A stretch of 58,623 nt of DNA, counting the filler, from Dirinaria sp. TL-2023a (Eukaryota): NCBI GenBank assembly GCA_051941275.1. It is 5 parts of 5 records of this genome, joined end to end, with 100 filler letters (N's around TTAATTAATTAA, not from the genome) between each part and the next. Parts side by side here need not be neighbours in the genome. Positions count along the whole stretch, not along the records: positions 47,002 to 58,623 come from JAVEBF010000831.1; 4 more parts are not named here. One strand, written 5' to 3'. Under the pieces are notes generated by a model. It searched no databases and was not told the DNA's origin. It saw only the letters and a program-made list of their open reading frames with translations. A program made the translations under genes and the position numbers. Of this stretch, positions 49,091 to 58,623 are shown one piece after another (within the stretch, counting starts at the first letter, position 1; every line of letters begins with the position of its first letter).

Positions 49091-50630
49091 CGTGAAGATC
49101 TCGCGAGCCCCAAAACGACTGCGAAGGAGAGAAGCATCAAATCGATGGAGTTGATATCTTGTTGTGTGATGCGTGTCGATCCACGCACAGCCTCGCTAGT
49201 CTGCCCATGGCCACAGGGCGCCTATTTCTGGCTACCGGTGTCTTCTCTGCAATGTCTTATGTGTATGTGTGAATACACTGCTCTATCAGCTTTCCAACGC
49301 AGAGTAATTCGATGCTATTGGCAAAGCCAACCATGTCCATTTTCGCAGCCGAAAGTCTCGAATGCGACGGGAAGCAGATACCCTGCAGTAGCCTGCGCAA
49401 CGGGCCACCCGCCGCCCAATGAGTCCATCGTCAGCACCTAAATTTGAGGACGCACTGACGTTGGGGGAACGTACAGCGCAGCATCCTGCCATGTCAAAAT
49501 ACGACTCATTCGCTCGTGCCTCCTCTTTTCATATCTCTCTCTCTGCAGCAGGCCTCAGTTCCATCTTTGCGCCCTCAGTTCTGTCCAATTGCGAGCTATG
49601 GCCGGTAATGCTGCCATAAGCTGTTCTGCCCTGGAAGTCTTTTTGGGCCACCAATTTGGTACCTTCGCATAGTCTCACGTGCACTCCAATCATCACAGAA
49701 CATAAGAAGCATGAGCGCAAGCTCTACTCACATTCTCAGTGTTTGCGACTTCGCTGCTAAGTTGTGTAAATCCTGAGGAAAAGAAAAAAGCCCACGAGAG
49801 TGATGTTGGTAATGCTAAACCTGGAGAATTGAAGCCTGAGAGTGAGGAAGAGAATCAAGACAGCAATGAAGAATATCCGCAACAATGGCCATCCCAGATA
49901 GAATACGAAATGATTCTCTGATTTCGCCAGGTGCTCCCTTTCATGTGTTGCAGAAACTCTAACAACGCACAAAGCAACGAGATAGAAACAGCCCATGTTT
50001 TAGTGGATGAACCTCCAATGGACAAGACCACAGATCTTTACATATCCATTAATCCTCTCACAAGCTCATGACGCATGATAATATGTGTGAGAGGAGAAAT
50101 AGACCCTGCAGATTGAGACCGATCACCCGAGCTCGCGAAAGCGTTATCTGTAACTCGAGACTTTCTTCACTATACAAGAGTTCAATTTAGCAGAAGCATT
50201 GACCTCGGGAAAGGATCGTTGACACGACAGGATATACAAGTAGCCTTTACAGACAACGGGGCCATGGCCAAAGCCTGACATGACCCATTGAATGAAAACA
50301 TGTACGAGCAAACTCGAGATGCCCCATCCCGAAGGCGAGCTGCCATACGGTTTACTGCCTGCTCCATAGAATATTGATATGCTGTGTATTGACGTGGGGA
50401 ACCAGCAAGATACTGGAAAAATACTGATCTTAGCCATGTCTTTGACCGTGTCAGCGATAGATGGCGAACAAAACACATGGCTTTCCAGCAACCTGGCTGT
50501 CATAAGGTCCTTGAAGCCAGAGTCTAGAAACGTACAACGCCGATCCAACAAAGTCTGCTCCCAAACATGACCCTGAATGTAGGGATGAATCAGATCCCGA
50601 AAGCCTGAACGCGAACACCTTCATACGATT

Positions 50631-53579
50631 TCATGTCTTCGTCTGTTTCCTAGCTGTCCCGATGTGGGTATTATGCACCTATCACCCGTGTTAGCTGGTT
50701 CGTCTATCTCACATCCGATATATCACCCGTTTCTTACCTTGGTTGCAAATTTCAAGCTCGTTAATGTCTCGTTGAGGTGTGCTTGAAGAGGGCTGATCAT
50801 GACGAACATGAGCGTCTTTGAGTTGCCCCCCAGCGACATTTGCAATAAATGTGTCAACTGCTTGGATTGTCAGGCACATTGGTCGTAGGGCACAACGATT
50901 GACTCTAGCACCACCCAGGGTAATGCTCACCTTGCTGTTTCTGTATGGTACGTGGCCCCCCTCCTTGCCCTGGCCCAGTGCTCCAATAACGTCTCCGAGG
51001 CAACTCAAGCTTTTGTTGATGCTCTGCGTTTCCTTTAATCGCTCACCGGTTGCTCCACTGTGGCTCAACCTCTCGCTGCCAGCAAGGTCCACAAGGTTTA
51101 AAGTGCCTTCGCTTTTCTCGCCAGTCACACTATTTTCGCCATTCAGTCTGAGTATGAAGACTGAATGACTTCGTGAAGAACGCTCGTTGGCTTTGGTGGC
51201 AGCCACCGACCGATTCGCCATTGCGCGCTGAAGTATGTTTTCAACCTTGTCCGGGGCGTCAAGCTCGACTACTGTAGCGCCGGTGATCGTGGTCTTACAC
51301 CTCTGCATGTCGTGCCGTATCTCATGCTTCTTCTTGTCGAGTTCGTCAGACTTTCCAAGCAGGTCATTGAGATTCTCATTGTAAACCTCCACAAATGATC
51401 CTTCCATGCAATATCTCCAGCCCTTTTCTTCAAGCGATTTGGCTGTATCGTAGATCTGGTGAACCGCTCTTGGAATCATACCGTCCTCAGCTGACATGGT
51501 GAAGGTTTTGCCGCTGCCCGTCTGCCCATAACAGAAGATGCACACATTGTATCCGTCGAGAGCGCTTTGCACCAGCTGACTGATCTCGTCAAAGACATCA
51601 GCATTTACAGAGCTTGGGCTGAACACACGGTCAAAACAGAATGCGTTCGTTTTTGTCGTAACACTCCCGAGGCTGCTCTTCTCAGGCTGGCCCAATACTT
51701 CTACCTCTTTTGAGTCGCTTTCACGATCAGGGTATTTGATTTTGGCAGCTTCCGAGTCAGCCTCGAGCGGCGGACGAACTCGGCAGAACACCCTGATGTT
51801 TCCCTTCAGCTCTTGCACTTGGTTGTGCAATTTCCTCCTCAACGTTTCCTCAATTCTCAGCTTTTCGTTCGCTTCGGCGGCACTTCTGATCGCGTTTTGC
51901 ATCCGCATTTCCAGATCAGCAAAGGCCTGCGATTGACTTTTGTTATCCGACTCGAGAAAGGCGATATGGGCTCGGAGACTGCTCATGCTTGTCTCGAGCT
52001 TAAGGGCATTAGCCGCCGCTTCGGACAACTGGCTGCGTAAGTCGTTATTCAGAAGTCGCTCTCGCCTCACGTCTGCTTGCACTTGGTTTAGTTCCTCCTG
52101 GACTGATTCTACAAGTCTTCTCTGCTTTTCAACTTCCATTTCAGCATTCCTCTGTGTCATTGCGCCTTCGCTAGTTAAGGATTCAACTTCCTTTTGGCGG
52201 CGGACTCTTTCATCTTCAAGAGCATGCTCCCACTGGCGTTTCATATCTTGAGACTCTTCCTGGTATTTCATGACTTTGAGACGGAGTTCTTCGTTCTTCT
52301 CCCGCTCTTTGTCCTCAAGATCACGCCTATGCTGCCGATGCAGATCGTCAAGCGTGATATGGTGATACCTTTTGGAGTCTTCTAGTGATACCGAAGAAGA
52401 GATAAGTTGAGCCTTCGCAATTTCTAGGTTTGTTTGTAGCGTGCTGTTGCTTGACTGGAGCTGCTCTTTGGCTGTATTAAGTTCTTGGACTTATTTTGAT
52501 AACAGTTTAGCAACGGACCTCATGAGACTAGCATCGTACTGGACTTACTTCTTGCTTTGTAATCAGCGATCGTATCCTTCAAGCTATTGCTATCTGTGGT
52601 AGCGCTCTCGATTCTCTCTTTAAATTCCGAGCATATCGATTCGACTTCTTCGAGACGGGCATCGGCATCCCAGGCTGCTTCAGTGTTAGAATCTCGTGTG
52701 AGGAACCGCTTGGAAGGTTTCACAGATTTCCTGGGAGTCTTGGTGGGGCTTGGAGTTTTGACTAGGGATGGAACGCTCTGAACGAGCTTTGGGATCTGCG
52801 AAGGCGTCGAAGGAGCCTCTGATGGTGGTCTCAAAGCCAGTTTCGGCTCTTCCCCATTGAGATTCAATTGGCGCATTGCAGTGACTAAGGACGCATCGCG
52901 GTGAGGCACCGGATGTGGTCTGCTCTCCCAGCCTGAGCAATAGCTCATTCCAGAGTCATAGCTAACATTCCTTTGCCTCTGCAACGGCCTTTTGGGGGTT
53001 TCGTTTGCGTCCAAGAAGAATTGGGGCATACCCTTTCGGCTTCCTACGAAGCGTCCTGCAGAATGCGTGTCCATCGCTGTTGCGCTTCGAGACGGGTTGT
53101 GCAGAGGCCTCTGAACTCTCGGGTTGCCAATAGCACTTTGCGGTCGAGAGTACTGCGACGAGGGTGCGGAGCCGACGCTACTACCGTAAGAGCTGTTCGA
53201 GACATTCCGCAAGGAGCTGGCTGAAGGTGGTCGGATCGAGGATACCGAAGATGAAGCCGAGGTCTGTCGAGAGACGGTGCTCGAGGATTTCGCTTTCGCA
53301 CCTGCATTGGGGACTCTGGAGCCTGGGGCTACCGGAGCTGGTCTCAGGGGTTCCCCGGCGCGTTCCGCCAGCGTCTTGCGTTTCTTATTGTCAGGCGGTG
53401 GGGGCATTGCTGAAGATCGCGCATTGGTAGCGGACGCAGACATTTCATGGAGCTTTGCCGGTGATGCGGATGGTATTCGACTTGGCGGCCGCAGTTGAGA
53501 GGGATGCTGGTGCACAGTGTCAGCGGTCGTTACATTGTGAAGGACAGAAGCGTACAAAATTTTCGTTAGTCGTGTCCAT
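50631..53579 (-). CDS. KAR3: Kinesin-14 (C-terminal motor) KlpA/Kar3, 5 exons
   Basis: KRKTLAERAGE tail motif, coiled coil, RRKLHNQVQELKGNIRVFCRVRP, P-loop GQTGSGKT, NERSSRSH, LVDLAGSER, HVPYRNSKLT, FATKVHNTHIG; micro first exon MDTTNENF (53579-53556). Confidence 0.96.
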
Positions 53580-54062
53580 GATTCGATAGCATTGGCGAAC
53601 TGATCAATAGTCTCTACAGCTAGCAAGATCAGAAGTCCGAAGGTGCTCTGAAGGTGCTCTGAAGCTCGTTGCTCGCCAGCTTGAGTGTTTGGGGATCTGC
53701 GTAAACATTGGTTCGGGCTGGCCAAGAGCCAAGCTGCATGGATCATGGATGTCAAGGAACTACGGGCCGAGGGAGCCGGCCGGTCCGAAGGGTCTCGATC
53801 ACATGTCAGACTCTAAGGGTCATCCAAATGTCAGCCTCCGGCTTGTACCACGGTAACCTGGGACATGGCACCAAGTATCTTTTGGTACATGTACACGTAC
53901 ACTGGGCCTTGACAAATGCCTCCCTCTCCCTGTGGCTTTTTCATGGCGGCTCCTTCTCATGAATCACCCAATCCATAGTATGCTTTTTCTACAGTTCAAG
54001 CCAAATACCCAAACCATCAGCCAACCCGGTACTTGTTCACAATCACTAAGACGAAGCAGAGC

Positions 54063-55145
54063 ATGGAGAAGTACTCGCAGTTCAGAGATCGAGGTAGGAC
54101 TTTCCAGGTATCAGATCCCTAGGGTATCGCAGTGACTGATATCTCGGTTTTAGGTTCTGGCATTGCGCCATTCTTTCCAATACACAAGCAAGCTTCAGGA
54201 ATATACTGGCCCATTCACTCTTTTCTGTTCTTGATTCGATTACCCATTCTCCTCACAGTGACTCTGAGCTACTTCATCATACTGCAATGGTTGCCTATTC
54301 GATCGTTGGGCAAAAAGGCGTCGTTGTGGGTGATTCTTGGTGTACCGAGCATATGGTGGATTGATCTCCAGATCGATGGGGTGAAAAAGGGGTAACGACC
54401 GCCTCATGCTGTGCGACTTGAGACCTAGCGCTGATTGCGGCTCTCTATCAGCTCCCTGGCCAAACACCACAAACTGCGGCTTCCTCAACCAGGCTCCATC
54501 ATCGCGTCGTCCCATACCTCTCCTATTGATGCGCTGTATCTTGCCGCTATCTTCGACCCTATCTTTACAGCATCATACCCATCAACCCGTCTTGTCCATC
54601 GCATATCCCTGTTTCAAGCAATTTTTCGTGCTTTCCAGTATCCTCAATACGAGCCACCCACGAAAGACAAACTTGTTGACCTACAGACCTTACTACGCAG
54701 GTATCCTAATCGTGTCATTGCCGTGTTTCCAGAATGCACTACGACGAATGGGAGAGCTATTCTTCCATTCAGCGGCTCCCTCTTGACAGCTCCTGCCGAC
54801 GCGAAGATCTTTCCAATCAGTTTACGATACACCCCTTCAGACATCAGCACCCCAATCGCCAATTCTTACCTGACCTTTTTATGGAACCTATTAAGCAACC
54901 CTACACATTGCATCCGCGTGAGAATAGCGGAGAGCGTCCATAACACTACTCAGTCGGACGACACCGCGAGTAGCACTGACACGTTGCTTGAGTCTAGCGA
55001 AGGAGACTCCAATAAACTTGCGGAGAAGAAATTGCTGGATAAAACGGCGGAAGCCCTAGCGCGACTAGGAAGAGTCAGAAGAGTCGGCTTAGGAGTCGCA
55101 GAGAAGATTGCGTTCCTTCAAGCATGGTCAAGACACCGCCGGTGA
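54063..55145 (+). CDS. LOA1: Lysophosphatidic acid acyltransferase (Loa1/Vps66), 3 exons
   Basis: MEKYSQFRDRGSGIAPF, WWIDLQIDGVKKG, IASSHTSPIDALYLAAIFDP, VFPECTTTNGRAIL, SLRYTP, LARLGRVRRVGLG. Confidence 0.92.
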
Positions 55146-56192
55146 GCTATCATCTGTCACTCGCATATTGTATGCCTTTCAGGTCGAATACCTTCCAAGC
55201 CACAGTAAAGGAAGCTTGGATATGACCGCCTAATGATTGCAACGCCTGAAGATCGAAGATGCAATGCTACGCTAAGAAAGCTCCACCTTCAGCCAAGCTG
55301 GCGTGACGGAAATCGAACCATATGAGAACAGCGATACCCATTTCTTCCTCAACTAAATCCATTCTGATTCTCAGCGCAACCGAGTTTGACTGTTCACCGA
55401 CATTGTAGACAGGCTTACGCCACTCAGATCGCCGCAAGACCTGAGCAAGCCAGCTAGGCCGTAAATGTCAAGGTCCGCTTGCTAAGCATCCAGTTTTGAT
55501 GGCATTCTGGATGAGGCGTAAGGTCAAATTAGCGTTGCGGATGCCCGATTGCGAGTTTGAAATGGCTGCCACAGTAGACGTTCAGGTGTTGGAGTATCGG
55601 GGCTAGCACCTCCTTCTTTCGGTAAGGGTTGGGAATGTTAAATAGTTGATTCTGTGACCTCCATGCATCGCAGCAGAATCCTAAGGGTCAGCGCGTTATT
55701 TGCAGCCTTTTTTTTGGGACGTGCAATGAGAGCATGGTGATTGAAATGCATAGGCCTATGTTACTCCGATGCTTTGGCACTTGACTTTGAACTTGACTCT
55801 TGCGACTTGACGTTGAGAAACGGTCTCGGCTTGCCGTTAACCTAGACTGGTGGAGATACCAAGAAGCCCAAGCAACGCTCAAAAGCATACACTACTTTAC
55901 CTAAAGTACCTTGCATGCCATACCTTAACCGTAGATCCCCTACTAGATGAACCGGATGCCATCTGGTTACTCCAGACAATTGATTCCTGTTTCGAGTCTA
56001 GGGTTCAAACAGGGTTTTCATTGAGAGGCAGCTTTGAGAGTCAAAGAACCGCATATCTAAAGACTAAACACTTCAAAGCCTTGACATCTTTATTGATCAA
56101 TGGCTACATCTTTGCAATCCAGCCTTGAAGCCTAGTCCACACTGACCGCAACCTGAAGTCATTTCAGCGACAGAGCAGCTACTTGAGCGCAA

Positions 56193-58401
56193 ATGGCTGG
56201 ACGTTTTGTCCGATCGTCCAAATATCGTGCGTAAGCTTGGACTCCTGACAGTATTGCATCCTTGAACTAATGCGTCATTGGTAGGACACGTTTTTGGGAG
56301 GCCAACAAGGAAGGTGTGACTGATGCGCACGAACATCAGTACCGTCAAAGCGCTGAACTGCCAATAGGAGCAATGCTACGATAACATCCGTATATCAAAG
56401 AATGCTTGGGATACAAATCTCGTCAAAGTAGCTCTCGCCCATCGCCGTCTTCGGAAAGCACACGACTAACATACACAGGCGAATCCTAAGTATATCTCTG
56501 TCAATTGGGAAGCTGGGGGTGGCGGCGCATTCGCAGTCATACCACTCAATGAGACTGGACGGTTACCGGAGCATGTGCCACTATTTCGAGGACACACAGC
56601 TGTAGTACTAGATACGGATTGGTAAGAGTAACGCTGGGTGAGAAATCTACTTTGCCAGCTTACGCAAGCGTAGGAGCCCATTCAACGATTCTCTCCTAGC
56701 TTCAGGTTCCGAGGATGGGAAGGTAGGAGAGGCACAATTCGATCAACTGGTTGCTTATGCTTACAAATTAAGGCTTTTATATGGAAAGTCCCAGAAGGCT
56801 TTTCTACGCGGACAGAAGAGGGTGAAGAGCCAAAAGATGTAGCGTCGGTACGAAAACTTAGTGGCCACTCCAGGTAATGCGCGCCGCCTATACGATGTAT
56901 ATCGACTGACAGAGCTCCCAGAAAAGTTGGCCATGTTCTTTTCAATCCGGCCGCTGAAAATGTCCTTGCTACATCGTCCGGCGACTACAGCGTCAGAGTC
57001 TGGGACGTCGAAGCCGGATCATCACGACTTACGCTTAAACATGCTGAAGTCATCCAATCACTTTCTTGGAGCGCGAATGGCTCCCTACTGGTAACCACTT
57101 CGCGCGACAAGAAGCTACGGATATGGGACGTCCGGCAAGAGAAACCGGCACACGTTGTGCCTGGGCATGCTGGCGCAAAGAACAGCCGAGTCACGTGGAT
57201 GGGCGAGCATGATCGAATAGCTACTACAGGCTTCTCCAAGATGAGCGACCGACAGCTAGGCCTCTGGGATATCAGGAATCCTTCGGAGCCCTCCGGCGGC
57301 TTTCAGATGCTTGATTCCATATCCGGAGTCTGCATGCCTTTCTGGGACGATGGCACGCAGTGTCTCTATCTGGCAGGGAAAGGGGACGGAAACATCCGTT
57401 ACTTCGAGTACGAGCATGACAAGTTCGAGTATCTCTCTGAATACAAATCAGCAGATCCGCAACGTGGTATTGCTTTCCTGCCAAAACGAGGAGTGAACAC
57501 GCACGAAAACGAAGTGATGCGTGCCTTCAAGACCGTCAATGATTCCTATGTCGAACCAATTGCCTTTATCGTTCCACGGCGCGCAGAAGTTTTCCAAGAA
57601 GATATTTACCCACCGACATTCGGCATCAAGCCCGCTATGACCGCTGGTGAATGGTTTGAGGGCGAAGAACGCTTACCACCGAAGATCGACCTCGCAAGCC
57701 TTTACGCAGGGGAAGAGCCAGCAGAAGTCCCAGCTCACTACAAACCGACCGTAGCAGCAGACCCACCGCCACCCAAAGCCTCATCCCCCATCAAGCAAGC
57801 AGCACAACCAGTATCAGAAGCTGTACCACCGCCATCAGCGCTGAAAGGGCCACCACCATCAATGAAGGAGCAAACCAGTTCCATCAAAGACCTAGCCTCC
57901 AAGTACGACGACCAAGACGATGACGAAGAAGACGCTGAAGACGACACGTCCTCTTTTGAAGAAGTCTCTAAACCCATCGAGCGGCACGCCCCCAGGTCCA
58001 TCGAGAAACCCGGAGGACCGACTGCTTCCTCCAAAGGCCCCTTTCCCACACAGCCGTCGGCGCCGCAGGCGCAACCGCAAGTCACACATCTTCCAGTAAC
58101 CGAGCCGACGCGATCGCCAACTGCGGGGATCACATCAACTCTGAAATCTCCTCCTCCACCTCCTACGTCTACCTCCTCCTCTTCGGCTCCGGGGGGTGAT
58201 CCCATGCAGGGGTATCTGAAAGATATCAAGAGCCTGCTCGAGCAGCAGAACGCGAGCATGGTGGCGCAGAGCGAGAAAATCGCCGCCCTGACGAGGGAGG
58301 TGGACACGTTGAAAGTAGCGCTGGGCGAGAAAGGGGAGAAGGATGAGCGGATCAAGGCGCTGGAACGGGAAGTGCAGGGCTTGAAAGCGGGGGGTTTGTA
58401 G
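56193..58401 (+). CDS. CRN1: Coronin (WD-repeat actin-binding protein), 7 exons
   Basis: MAGRFVRSSKYRHVFG, NAWDTNL, NPKYISVNWEAGGGGAFAV, GHTAVVLD, TGFSKMSDRQLGLWD, YLAGKGDGNIRYFE, PRRAEVFQEDIYPP, Pro-rich linker, C-terminal coiled coil. Confidence 0.97.
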
Positions 58402-58623
58402 GCCTTGGTGGAGATTCATGTGGGGGGAAGGGTTTGTTATGTTATGGATCTTTTGGGTAGGGAAAAAAAACTATTTTCCCGGGAGGGGTAAGAGATTGGT
58501 TGGGAGCCCTTCTTCTTCTTTTTTTTTCTTTTTTTTTTTTTTGAGATATCATAATTCTCATTAAAGACGGAATGAAATAGAAGAGGTGCTCAAAGTAATG
58601 GTGCATGCTGCTGTGGTTCAGTC

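Noticed and set aside
49419..50570. Short ORFs between the lipase and KAR3
   Set aside because: No consistent frame, splice chain or motif could be assembled.
57738..58355. 205-aa minus-strand ORF and similar antisense ORFs over MNL1, MFS and KAR3
   Set aside because: Antisense shadows of GC-rich real CDSs.
1..58623. tRNA, rRNA, CRISPR arrays, telomere repeats, intact transposons
   Set aside because: None recognised by eye (GGGTTCGAACCC near 3364 lies in a CDS). Small ncRNAs cannot be excluded without tRNAscan/Infernal.

Overview
Fungal (Pezizomycotina-type, intron-rich) DNA made of five separate contigs joined by an artificial 100-nt linker (N44-TTAATTAATTAA-N44). The contigs are 1-11679, 11780-23445, 23546-35174, 35275-46901 and 47002-58623, in decreasing length order, so no synteny can be inferred across linkers. 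About 22 spliced genes can be supported. Housekeeping genes include FRS2, MNL1/EDEM, MRPL36, KAR3/klpA, LOA1 and coronin. Others are three PTH11-like receptors, an MFS transporter, a class-3 lipase, a probable pseudo-aspartic protease and small secreted or hypothetical proteins. The stand-out is contig 4: an eremophilane sesquiterpenoid gene block (SDR, secreted FAD-linked oxidase, aristolochene synthase, SDR) matching the prx4-prx3-ari1(prx2)-prx1 core of the Penicillium PR-toxin cluster and truncated at the left contig edge. Its aristolochene synthase has an in-frame, stop-free GC-AG intron that splits the catalytic Asp-rich motif. All family assignments come from motif recognition and recalled sequences, not database searches.
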